Assembly: GCA_963787835.1 (NCBI GenBank)
Contig: CAWBEI010000002.1
Location: 832,001-896,000, forward strand
Length of the DNA: 64,000 nt
Direction: 5' to 3'
From: Ignavibacteriota bacterium
GTDB lineage: Bacteria > Bacteroidota > Ignavibacteria > Palsa-1295
The notes beneath the pieces are model-generated. The model was not told the origin of the DNA. It was given only the letters and a program-made list of their open reading frames with translations, and did no database searches. Below are positions 1-8,605 of the stretch, one piece after another. The translations under genes were made by a program, and so were the position numbers. How positions within the stretch are numbered: position 1 is the stretch's first letter; every line of letters starts with the position of its first letter.

Positions 1-46
1 ATGTAGTTCCGACCCTGAATTGCTAATCCCGAACAAAACAACCTCA

Positions 47-586
47 ATGGAAACAATCATACACAAACACCTTACCGTCACAAGCGAAGGCGCTTCCCCA
101 CCTTCATCCTTCATACCTCAACCTTCATCCTTGCCCCCACGCCAGCGCTGGCTGACGCTTGCCACCAACGCCGTCGATCGCGCGGGCGATATTCTCGTCA
201 TTGCCGGAATGGATGCAGAAAACTTCCTGAAAAATCCGCAATTTCTCTGGCAGCATGGCGCGAGCGGTGCGTTGCTGAACACCATCGGGCGCGTGCTCGA
301 TCTCAAGCAGACAAAGAACGAATTATTCGCGCTCGTCGAATATGCGCCTGCCGATATATCACCGCTCGCCGAGCAAGTCTATCAAATGGATCTGGCCGGA
401 TTACTTCCCGCCAATTCCATCGGCTTTAGCCCCATCGAATACGAAGCCAACGAGTTCGGCGGCTACACCTTCACCAAATGGGAACTCATTGAATGCTCCA
501 AAGTCGAGCTGCCGATGAACCCCGATGCGATCGATGGTAGTAAATCCTATACCCTCGAAGAAGCAACCGACTGGCTGCTCCAATAA
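47..586 (+). CDS. HK97-family phage prohead (maturation) protease
   Basis: Motifs DRAGD, F-KNP-FLWQH, SIGF and WELIECSKVELPMNPDA, with the His, Ser and Glu positions typical of HK97 proteases. Lies upstream of a capsid gene. ATG at 47 preferred over TTG at 20. Confidence 0.85.
   Translation: METIIHKHLTVTSEGASPPSSFIPQPSSLPPRQRWLTLATNAVDRAGDILVIAGMDAENFLKNPQFLWQHGASGALLNTIGRVLDLKQTKNELFALVEYAPADISPLAEQVYQMDLAGLLPANSIGFSPIEYEANEFGGYTFTKWELIECSKVELPMNPDAIDGSKSYTLEEATDWLLQ
101..132 (+). repeat. Heptamer (TTCATCC-like) tandem repeat inside the protease ORF, translated PSSFIPQPSSL
   Basis: ccttcatccttcatacctcaaccttcatcctt; the same unit occurs intergenically at 6123-6152. Confidence 0.6.
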
Positions 587-616
587 CCCTTTCACGACGG
601 TCACAAATTTTTGCCG

Positions 617-624
617 TATGTTTG
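617..624 (+). promoter_or_regulatory. Bacteroidota-type housekeeping promoter -7 box (TATGTTTG)
   Basis: Matches TAnnTTTG, about 35 bp upstream of ATG 660. Confidence 0.55.
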
Positions 625-659
625 TAGTAACCTTTTCTATGCTAAAGAGTTATTATAGC

Positions 660-1820
660 ATGAGATTTCTCATATTTTTGGTGATTTTTATAGCTTTGCT
701 GGGGCAACTCCCTGCGCGGGCACAAGTTGATTCTGCGCAGTGGCCGTTTCCCTATCCATTTTGGGTTTCTTGCTCGCTTACTGGGACTTACAATGCCAAT
801 GTAGAAGGAATCTCGTTCCCCTCCGAAACGCCCTTCGATTCATCGTGGACTTATCATTCTTCAACGGTTCCGGAATATGGATTTCCAAGTAATTATTTTA
901 CGTGGAACAATGTCACAATGACCGACTCGCTAGGATGGCATCTCGCAAATCAAGCAGCAACGGCGACTATAGAATTCGATTCAGTCAGCCATACGATTCT
1001 TCAGTTGGAATTAAATTTTAATCTTGATATTGCGCAACCTACGGAATCGCTTCATTATGTGCTTCACTTCTTGCATTACAATGACTCAACCATCTCTTGT
1101 TCGGATAACGATTTATGGAGACACGTCAGCTCTGCTGGATACGCATTTGGAGATATTAACGCTTTTGAGAACGAGACGATCACTTTTTCTGGGCTGGATG
1201 GATTTGGATTTTATGGAGTACAGCTTATTCCAGGATTTTCAATTCCCTCAACAATTGATTTTGGTTTCCAGAGTGTCGGCTCCAATTTCGACTCATCAAT
1301 CGTTCTCATTAATCGAAGTGATACTGTCTTAACAATATATAGCTTTGCATTGCAGGATTCGGATTCCGGATTTTCATTTATCGATACAACCGCTCACTTC
1401 ATTGCCGCGCAAGATAGTGCTAAGATTACAGTTCGCTTCACTCCGAACGAAACAAAAATGTATGCAGGCAACGTCCACATTATAACTGACGAACCGTATG
1501 CTCTGCCTTACAACATTCTGCTATTAGGAAGCACCGAAACCAGTGGTGTGACGCAAGGCAGTTCCGTAGATTCAAATTTCACCGCTTCTTTGGTTACGCA
1601 AGAAAGAAAACTACTTCTGCAATTATCCTCTTCCTATTCTTCTGCACGAATAGATGTGTTCGATATTCTCGGCCATAAATGTGCCGCCATGAATCAATCC
1701 CTCAATGCCGGAGAGAATTTCCTATCGCTGAACGACCTGATCGGCACGCCCGGCGAATATATTGTCAGAATTCAATCTGGCAATGAAGTTAGGTCGCTTA
1801 AGTTTGTCAATTTGCAATGA
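660..1820 (+). CDS. Secreted T9SS cargo protein: signal peptide, variable N-domain, ASH/choice-of-anchor-D Ig domain, CTD
   Basis: Signal peptide MRFLIFLV...PARA-Q; IDFG...IN.S...ITVRFTP Ig motif; CTD IDVFDILG...GEYIVRI...KFV. Confidence 0.8.
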   Translation: MRFLIFLVIFIALLGQLPARAQVDSAQWPFPYPFWVSCSLTGTYNANVEGISFPSETPFDSSWTYHSSTVPEYGFPSNYFTWNNVTMTDSLGWHLANQAATATIEFDSVSHTILQLELNFNLDIAQPTESLHYVLHFLHYNDSTISCSDNDLWRHVSSAGYAFGDINAFENETITFSGLDGFGFYGVQLIPGFSIPSTIDFGFQSVGSNFDSSIVLINRSDTVLTIYSFALQDSDSGFSFIDTTAHFIAAQDSAKITVRFTPNETKMYAGNVHIITDEPYALPYNILLLGSTETSGVTQGSSVDSNFTASLVTQERKLLLQLSSSYSSARIDVFDILGHKCAAMNQSLNAGENFLSLNDLIGTPGEYIVRIQSGNEVRSLKFVNLQ

Positions 1821-1833
1821 GGGCATGATTAGT

Positions 1834-2970
1834 ATGAAGACTCTCATAATGTCAGTTATACTTACCGCTTTGCTGGGTCAAGTCCCTGCGCGCGCACAGA
1901 TAGACTCAGCTCAATGGCCGTTTCCTAAAACGCTCTCGCTAAACTGCAATCTTGGCGGGATCTATTCCTTCACCCATTGGGAAGAACCGAATTCGTACGA
2001 ACAAAGTGTCGATACGAGTGTTTTTCAGGTTCCGGAATATGTGATGTATCAACTCTGGTTTACGTGGAAAAATGTGCAGAAGATTGATTCGAATGAATGG
2101 CAACTTGCGAATCAGGTGGCTACTTTAAATCTATCTCTTGACACAATCAATCACCGGATCGACACCCTTACCTTTAACTATGGTTCAGATTATGAGGAGG
2201 AGTTGTCTTTCAAACTCAAGAACTTGTATTACACTGCCTCGACAATTGGCTATGGAGATAATGATATTAACAGGCACCTTATATCAGCGAGCTATGGGTT
2301 AAACTTCAAGGATTGTTGTGAAATTCAGACCACGACGTATTGTTGCACGTTCGAATTTGGACTATTCGGGCAAACCCTTGTTCCTGGATTCCTTCTGACT
2401 CATCAGGTAAACTTCGGAACACTATTACAGGACTCGTCTCGCGATACCACCGTCACCATCATCAACTACAGTGATTCAGCCGTTGCGATCTTAAGTTTTG
2501 CGCTTAATGATCCGGATAGCGGCTTTGCATTCGTCGATACTACTGTTCATACCATTCCTGCTAATGAGAGCGAAACAATTACAGTTCGATTTACACCGAA
2601 GCAGTTGAAATCCTATTCCGGCGCTATCACGATCGTAACGGATGAAGCATGTACACATACCTATACTATAAACCTTAACGGTGCGGCGGTTCCGAGCAGC
2701 GTGAAAACTAGTTCCGAAGACTCCAATTTCACTGCTTCTTTGGTTACGCAACAAGGGCATTTACTTCTACAATTATCCTCTTCCTATTCTTCCGCACAAA
2801 TAGATGTGTTCGATATTCTCGGCCATAAACATGCCTCAATGAATAAATCGCTCAATGCCGAAGAGAATCTCATCTCGCTGAACAATCTGATCGGCACACC
2901 CGGCGAATATATTGTCAGAATTCAATCCGGCAATGACGTCCGCTCACTGAAGTTTGTCATAGCACAATGA
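1834..2970 (+). CDS. Secreted T9SS cargo protein, tandem paralog of 660-1820
   Basis: Shares LLGQ.PARAQ.DSAQWPFP start, DSGF.F.DTT.H Ig domain and a near-identical CTD. Confidence 0.8.
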   Translation: MKTLIMSVILTALLGQVPARAQIDSAQWPFPKTLSLNCNLGGIYSFTHWEEPNSYEQSVDTSVFQVPEYVMYQLWFTWKNVQKIDSNEWQLANQVATLNLSLDTINHRIDTLTFNYGSDYEEELSFKLKNLYYTASTIGYGDNDINRHLISASYGLNFKDCCEIQTTTYCCTFEFGLFGQTLVPGFLLTHQVNFGTLLQDSSRDTTVTIINYSDSAVAILSFALNDPDSGFAFVDTTVHTIPANESETITVRFTPKQLKSYSGAITIVTDEACTHTYTINLNGAAVPSSVKTSSEDSNFTASLVTQQGHLLLQLSSSYSSAQIDVFDILGHKHASMNKSLNAEENLISLNNLIGTPGEYIVRIQSGNDVRSLKFVIAQ

Positions 2971-3014
2971 CAATACTCCTCCTGCTCCCGTAAAGTCCAC
3001 TTTCCCAAAAACCA

Positions 3015-3743
3015 TTAGTATGGAAACAACACGGTTGCGGTCACCCGAACGTCGGTGGCTGTTGCACTATACACGGGATCGCGGTAGTATGGCTCATCCG
3101 TCGGTTCGCTGAACGCATCGTTCGTCAGGCCCCACGCATAGGCAGCACGTATTTCGCAACGAATCTTCCCGGCCAGATCGAAGGCAAAACCCACGCCCGC
3201 CACCGCTGAAACACTGGGATCTTTTTGAGTGAGAGAGATCGAATTGTTGGGTTCGTTCGCAACGTGCAAACTTAACTGCGATTTACCCGAGAGCAGGAAC
3301 CCAACACTCGGTCCGGCAAAAAGGAATGGGCCTGAACCTTCGGAAAACGGTTCCCACTTCACAAGCACGGGAATCTCAAGATAATCGAGCGTATTGGTCT
3401 GGTCTGTTGTAGCGATGGGAGCTGGGCTGGATTCCGTTGTGTAAATGTAATTCAGCCCCACGCCCTTTTGGTCGAATAGTGCACTTCCGCTTAACGCAAA
3501 ATTAGTGCTAACACGATAATCACACTCGAGACCGCCAATGAGCCCCAACACCGCATAGAGAGTACCGCCCCCCGGTTCGATCTCATTGTGGGAATAGAAC
3601 CAGGTACTGCCATATTCGAACGATTGCACACCATCCGATTCACTGCCCAGGTCGCCTCCAACGGTGACGCCATACGAGAAGCTTTGCGCCCCACAGCGCG
3701 TCGCAAGAAGAACAAGTGCCGTCACCAGAATTACACATTTCAT
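3015..3743 (-). CDS. Outer-membrane beta-barrel protein (PorT/porin-family-like)
   Basis: Signal peptide; YLEIPVLVKW and FLFAGPSVGFLL motifs; aromatic C-terminus. Confidence 0.7.
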   Translation of the reverse strand: MKCVILVTALVLLATRCGAQSFSYGVTVGGDLGSESDGVQSFEYGSTWFYSHNEIEPGGGTLYAVLGLIGGLECDYRVSTNFALSGSALFDQKGVGLNYIYTTESSPAPIATTDQTNTLDYLEIPVLVKWEPFSEGSGPFLFAGPSVGFLLSGKSQLSLHVANEPNNSISLTQKDPSVSAVAGVGFAFDLAGKIRCEIRAAYAWGLTNDAFSEPTDEPYYRDPVYSATATDVRVTATVLFPY

Positions 3744-3835
3744 GAAACAGGAAACGCAGATCCGTCTATCTATCGCTCCCGCTTTCTCAGGATCATCAAC
3801 TTTCCACTATCCACAATAATACTATCAAAAACCCC

Positions 3836-5116
3836 ATGACCATTAACGAAACCGAAAACACCCTCACCGCCTCGCGCGACGAATTCAATACCATTATCGA
3901 TAAAGCGCTTGACCGCAAAATAAAATCCCTCCCGGATCGCTCGGCGATCTCCGCAATTGGTAGGGACGTGCCGCGCACGTCCGACACTTTTGCCATTACT
4001 GATTCTAGCGTCCACAAGGGCGGACGTGCGCAGCACGTCCCTACGGATAGAGACAAAATTCTCAAAACCTTCCGGTTCTTCAACGCCATCTCTTCTAACG
4101 ATCACCAGACGCTGCGCTCGATCATGCAGACGTACGAGCCGGAATACGTTCGCACGCTTGCGCCGCAGGTGGAAGGCACGAGTTCTGCCGGTGGCTATCT
4201 CGTTCCGCAGGAGTTTTATGCGGACGTGCTCTTCCTGCTGAACCAATACGGCTTTGCACGAAAATATTGCGCGCAAATTCAAATGCAGTCCAGCGTACTG
4301 AACGTTTCAACGCTAACCGGCACGCCCTCTGTCAATTGGGTGAACGAGGATACCGCGATCACCGCCAGCAAGGGAACCTTCGGGCGCCTCGTGCTCACCG
4401 CGCAAAAGCTTGCGGCTATCTATCCCATCTCGAACGAGCTGCTCATGGATGCCAACGTCGATGTCTATAATACCATCCTTCGTATTTTCGTGGAAGTATT
4501 CGGACAGCAGGAGGACATGCAGGTCTTCAACGGTACCGGCTCGCCGTTCACCGGCATTTTGCAGACGACGGGAACCACGCTCACCTATCTCGGCGCGTCA
4601 TCTACTTCCGGCAAAACGCATTTCCCGGACATCACGCTGGACGATCTCATCAATCTCGTGCAGTCCGTCGGACCGGCGCAACAGCGCGGCGCGTGCTTGT
4701 TCGTCGAGCAGAACACGCTGACCGATCTGCTCAAAAAGAAAGATTCCTCAAGCCGTTACCTGTGGGATCTTGCGACCTCCAACGATCCGAACATCAACGG
4801 AGCGAATGGATTTAACGCGACGAACCTGCAATTCCACGGCTACCCGGTTGTATCACTCCCGAACGGTGTGCTCATCAATGGCTATAGCACGGCCACGACT
4901 CCCAGCACGCCGTTCGCGCTCTTCGGGAACCTGCAAACTGCCGGATGCTGGCTTGGAACCCGCGGCGGCATGGAACTCCGCATTTCCTACGATGCCACGG
5001 CGGATAGCGTCAACGCATTCACCAACGATCTCCAGCTTCTCCGCATGACCGAGCGCATTGCCTTCGGTGTCGGCCAGCCGGGGTATCTGGCGGTGCTTTC
5101 GACATCGGCATCCTAA
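3836..5116 (+). CDS. HK97-fold phage major capsid protein
   Basis: GGYLVPQEF, WVNE, KLAAIYPISNELLMDA, FNGTGS..TGIL and ALFGNL...RMTERI motifs typical of Phage_capsid. Confidence 0.92.
   Translation: MTINETENTLTASRDEFNTIIDKALDRKIKSLPDRSAISAIGRDVPRTSDTFAITDSSVHKGGRAQHVPTDRDKILKTFRFFNAISSNDHQTLRSIMQTYEPEYVRTLAPQVEGTSSAGGYLVPQEFYADVLFLLNQYGFARKYCAQIQMQSSVLNVSTLTGTPSVNWVNEDTAITASKGTFGRLVLTAQKLAAIYPISNELLMDANVDVYNTILRIFVEVFGQQEDMQVFNGTGSPFTGILQTTGTTLTYLGASSTSGKTHFPDITLDDLINLVQSVGPAQQRGACLFVEQNTLTDLLKKKDSSSRYLWDLATSNDPNINGANGFNATNLQFHGYPVVSLPNGVLINGYSTATTPSTPFALFGNLQTAGCWLGTRGGMELRISYDATADSVNAFTNDLQLLRMTERIAFGVGQPGYLAVLSTSAS
3960..4044. repeat. GTAG-type REP doublet (REPIN-like) in frame within the capsid gene
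   Basis: gtagggacgtgccgcgcacgtccg ... cggacgtgcgcagcacgtccctac: 24-bp inverted repeat, 1 mismatch, 37-bp spacer. Confidence 0.8.
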
Positions 5117-5120
5117 TCAT

Positions 5121-5159
5121 ATACCGTAGAGACGCGCCACCAGCCCGTCTCTACGGTAT
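5121..5159. repeat. GTAG-type REP hairpin, possible terminator after the capsid gene
   Basis: ataccgtagagacg / cgtctctacggtat: perfect 14-bp inverted repeat. Confidence 0.7.
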
Positions 5160-5257
5160 TATTCCTATCACACCAGTTTGCGAACTGAATCAGAAATGCT
5201 TGCGTTTCCGTAATAGGTGTGGCATCTCGCATTTCACGAGTAAGGCATTAAACTGCG

Positions 5258-5893
5258 ATGAAGAAACATAGAGGTTTTATTCTGTTGATAGCAGCTGCAG
5301 TCTCTTCGTGTGGAACCCATTCTATCGAACCACCTGCCACTCCTGTTCATTCGTTTCCACAGACCTTTAGTCAAATCTCGATAAGTTACCAAAACATTCC
5401 AACACATTGGCAGGAAGGGACGTATTCCTGGAATCCGTATGGCAGCAACACCGGCGGAGATGCTGGTAATGAATTACTCACGTTTACATCAAACTATTCT
5501 TTCTCTGCGTCCGATTTTCATGAACAGAACGATACTACTTCTGCTAGCGGGTTCCAGTGGGTTTTGGGGTCGGGAGGAGATACGCTCTCGGAGCTGCAGC
5601 TTTCAGGAGGGGGACCGTCAGTTCCGAATCCAGACGGAAAGTATGAATGGCCAGCACTTTATGAGAATCAGTTGACACTGAAACTCCGGCATCTTGTCTT
5701 TAACGCCGATTCTATGAATCGATATATAGTTTCACTCGCGGGTTCCTCACTAAACGAAACTTTACAAAATCTGGAGATCCAAAAGGGCGCGTCGGAGGAA
5801 AGCGAAATGTTTGGCGAAACGGACACTCTCATAGATCTTTATACAGGTAGCCCAACTGATAGCTCTTCGATTACAATAACATTCACACCCTAA
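5258..5893 (+). CDS. Putative lipoprotein of unknown function (host-type insert)
   Basis: MKKHRGFILLIAAAVSS-C lipobox-like signal; beta-rich S/T composition. Confidence 0.6.
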   Translation: MKKHRGFILLIAAAVSSCGTHSIEPPATPVHSFPQTFSQISISYQNIPTHWQEGTYSWNPYGSNTGGDAGNELLTFTSNYSFSASDFHEQNDTTSASGFQWVLGSGGDTLSELQLSGGGPSVPNPDGKYEWPALYENQLTLKLRHLVFNADSMNRYIVSLAGSSLNETLQNLEIQKGASEESEMFGETDTLIDLYTGSPTDSSSITITFTP

Positions 5894-6034
5894 GTGAAAT
5901 AGGCTTCGTTTCCATCAACACTCGCTCCGAGCCAGACGGATGCTAAAAAGCGTTCTTTCCTAATACACACGAAAGCGCGACCTCGAAGTTTATCGTCCTT
6001 CACTGATAAACGTCTTCAATTCTAAATATTCCCT

Positions 6035-6110
6035 CGCGTAGGTCGGCGCTTCCAGCCCGATCGTCGCGGTTATGCAAACTCGGCGTCGGGCTGAAAACCC
6101 GACCTACGCG
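6035..6110. repeat. GTAG-type REP doublet
   Basis: cgcgtaggtcggcgcttccagcccga ... tcgggctgaaaacccgacctacgcg imperfect inverted pair. Confidence 0.7.
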
Positions 6111-6161
6111 GTCCGCCTTCCTTTCATACTTCATCCCTCATCCTTAATCCTTCCCCAATAA

Positions 6162-6743
6162 ATGTCTACCTTTACCAGCCCCGTTGCGCTTACGGATTTT
6201 CAGACGTATCTCAAAGATGCGTCCACCGATACGACCGTAACGGGATTTTTCCAAACCTGCCTGAACGCCGCGACCGAAGCGGTCTATACCTGGCTCGACC
6301 GCGATTACACTGCCAGCGCCAATAAGACGGACGTCTTCTGGGGCGACGGCACCGCGTTCCACAGCCTGCGCCATCAAGCAGGGTCGCTTACGGCGTGGAG
6401 TTACACCGATCTTTCGGGAACGGTTACCACTCCCGGCACGAGCGATCTCCTCATTCGGGCCAATGGCTATCTTCTGCAAACGCTCACGCACCGGTTTGCG
6501 CGCGAAGCCGAGCATACGCTGACGTATGCCCAGCCATCTACACTGACGTGCCCCGAAGCGGTGCGGCAAGTCATCACCGAAATTGCGGCACTGCTGTATC
6601 AATCGAGCAATCAGGGCGAAGGCTCGCTCGGAATGCTTATTGCCTCTGCGCACGACAGCACTTCCACCGACCGCGAGCGATTCCTCGATCTCTCGCAATT
6701 GCATAAAGATATGCTGCGGCCGTATAAACGATACCCAGTGTAG
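6162..6743 (+). CDS. Phage head-tail connector (gp6/gp15-like)
   Basis: PVALTDFQTYLK...LNAATEAVYTWLDR at the N-terminus; PEAVRQVITEIAALLY and MLRPYKR at the C-terminus; follows the capsid gene. Confidence 0.75.
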   Translation: MSTFTSPVALTDFQTYLKDASTDTTVTGFFQTCLNAATEAVYTWLDRDYTASANKTDVFWGDGTAFHSLRHQAGSLTAWSYTDLSGTVTTPGTSDLLIRANGYLLQTLTHRFAREAEHTLTYAQPSTLTCPEAVRQVITEIAALLYQSSNQGEGSLGMLIASAHDSTSTDRERFLDLSQLHKDMLRPYKRYPV

Positions 6744-6842
6744 TGGATAGTTTTAGAGTGGACAGTGGATAGTTGGCGAAACTCATATCAAACTTTCACA
6801 ACATTTACCATCCACTTTTCACTATACACTATCAACTATCTC
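6741..6842. repeat. Inverted heptamer array (AGTGGAT / ACTATCC type)
   Basis: tagtggatagt...gagtggacagtggatagt facing ...cactatacactatcaactatct. Confidence 0.65.
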
Positions 6843-6843
6843 C

Positions 6844-7293
6844 ATGACCCGAGAACTTTTATTTAACACATCCTTCGAGCCGCAGCTTGCGGCGCTTACT
6901 TCGTGGAAGTCGCTTGTCCCGGTGCAGGGCGCGCTTGCCAGCACGTTCGCGCCCAGCGATTATCCCGGCTTCGAGATGATTCCCGGCGAAGCGAAATACA
7001 ACACATTCGATAGCTTCGGACATCCCGTGAGCGGTGTGCAGGCATTTACCGTCCGCGTGCATTTCGCACACGCCCAGCTTGCCGTTGTTGCTGTGCGCGC
7101 ACTGCGCTCCGCAGATGTATCCCTCATCGAAGCATTCTTCGCCGGCGGATACGTCCTGCCGCCGGTCTCGCCCGGTGACGTAGCCCGCATCGATAGCGCC
7201 ACGCTCCTCAAGATCGACCCTCCCATGCTCAGCAAAACCGCCACGCGATCGAGCATCGCAGTGCAGGCGGAATATTCCTTCACCATATTTTAA
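6844..7293 (+). CDS. Hypothetical phage protein (neck or tail-terminator-like by size and position)
   Basis: 149 aa, co-oriented directly after the connector; no diagnostic motif recognised. Confidence 0.45.
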   Translation: MTRELLFNTSFEPQLAALTSWKSLVPVQGALASTFAPSDYPGFEMIPGEAKYNTFDSFGHPVSGVQAFTVRVHFAHAQLAVVAVRALRSADVSLIEAFFAGGYVLPPVSPGDVARIDSATLLKIDPPMLSKTATRSSIAVQAEYSFTIF

Positions 7294-7296
7294 CTA

Positions 7297-7434
7297 TCTG
7301 AACCTGGATTACGCGGATGATGCGGATTACACAGATAGAGAGTGTTTATTATAAGCTGTAGTGTACTCATCTCTCTTGCGTTTGCTCAAATATATTCGCG
7401 TCATCCGCTCCCATCCGCGTAATCCAGGTTCAGA
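7297..7434. repeat. MITE-like palindromic element (TCTGAACCTGGAT family), copy 1
   Basis: Perfect 23-bp terminal inverted repeat tctgaacctggattacgcggatg / catccgcgtaatccaggttcaga; related copy at 58680-58842. Confidence 0.8.
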
Positions 7435-7440
7435 CTCCCC

Positions 7441-7884
7441 ATGACCAACCTCTACCTACAATACCGAACATCGCCCTCCGATCCGTGGACTTCCGTTCCC
7501 GACCTCACCGCCGCGTTCCCAAGTGTGCCTGTTGGCGCGTTGCCGATTCAGTCCGTTAAGATCACCAGCGAACCGGAATCCGTTACGCCGGGCGTCAGTG
7601 AATTCCAGGAATGGCTCCCATTCCCCGGCGATTCTGGCGCAGATACCTACCTCATTCTCCGAGCTTCATGCCCGCCCATTCCACTCGCGCTCGAAGCGAG
7701 CATTATCACATTCCTCATTAATTATAAATCCGCAGAATACCAGCAAGTGAAGTACGCCACTTACGGCCAAGGCGGATTCATCACTGCATCGCTCTCGCTT
7801 ATCGAAGCAAAGGAGCGGCATGGCTCACTGCATTTATCGTTCCGGCTGGCGGCTGCGATGGCGGATGCGTTAACGAACGAATAA
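7441..7884 (+). CDS. Hypothetical protein of the phage-like cluster
   Basis: 147-aa ORF co-oriented between the connector region and the lysin. Confidence 0.5.
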   Translation: MTNLYLQYRTSPSDPWTSVPDLTAAFPSVPVGALPIQSVKITSEPESVTPGVSEFQEWLPFPGDSGADTYLILRASCPPIPLALEASIITFLINYKSAEYQQVKYATYGQGGFITASLSLIEAKERHGSLHLSFRLAAAMADALTNE

Positions 7885-7961
7885 AAGTAATAAGGTAAGA
7901 AGTAAAAAGTAACAAGTAAGAAGTTTATTCCCTTTTACTTCTTACCTGTTACTTCTTATTT
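7884..7961. repeat. Inverted heptamer array (AAGTAAR / YTTACTT)
   Basis: aaagtaataaggtaagaagtaaaaagtaacaagtaag ... ttttacttcttacctgttacttcttattt. Confidence 0.7.
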
Positions 7962-7981
7962 CTATTCCCAATCCCAAAATA

Positions 7982-8605
7982 ATGATTATATCAACGCTAT
8001 TATTATATATTCACCTCACTTCTCCCACGCTGATCGAGCAAACAACTTCCCAATTTCTCACTTCCGATTCCCTCTCTGCTAACGAGACCATCCTCATTCC
8101 TTTCCGCAACGAGATCGAACACGCGGCAAAAGAAAACGTGCTTCCCGCTTCGCTGATCGCAGCGGTCATTCAAGAAGAATCCCGATTCAATGAGTGGGCT
8201 ACACGCGCGGAACCGCGATATTTGCAAAGCCGGAAAGTCCGCAGATTGGCTGCGCGATTTGCGCGCGCGCATCGGCTTGGGCCGACGGCTTTCACCGAAC
8301 TCGTCGATCGTTCTCGCTCGTACGGCCTGATGCAGGTCATGGGTGAGACCGCGCGGGAGCAGGGCTTCGATCCTCCGTTCCTGGCGGAACTATATCTTCC
8401 GCACAACGCCATCGCGCACGGCGCGATGCTTCTCAAACGATTGCTGAAACGGTATCGTAACGATACGCTCTCGGCCATCAGCGCATACAATCAGGGTTCC
8501 GCGCATAAAAAGCGCGGCGTGTTCGCGAATGCGCGGTATGTCTATCGCGTCACGATCGCATGGCGAAGTTATGCAGCACTTTTTAAAAACGGAGGCACGC
8601 AATGA
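7982..8605 (+). CDS. SLT-domain lytic transglycosylase (putative endolysin)
   Basis: Catalytic IQEESRFN, SYGLMQVM and SAYNQG motifs. Confidence 0.88.
   Translation: MIISTLLLYIHLTSPTLIEQTTSQFLTSDSLSANETILIPFRNEIEHAAKENVLPASLIAAVIQEESRFNEWATRAEPRYLQSRKVRRLAARFARAHRLGPTAFTELVDRSRSYGLMQVMGETAREQGFDPPFLAELYLPHNAIAHGAMLLKRLLKRYRNDTLSAISAYNQGSAHKKRGVFANARYVYRVTIAWRSYAALFKNGGTQ

Noticed and set aside
3836-5116. Encapsulin nanocompartment interpretation of the HK97-fold gene
   Set aside because: A prohead protease, head-tail connector and lysin flank it, and its motifs are those of phage capsids.
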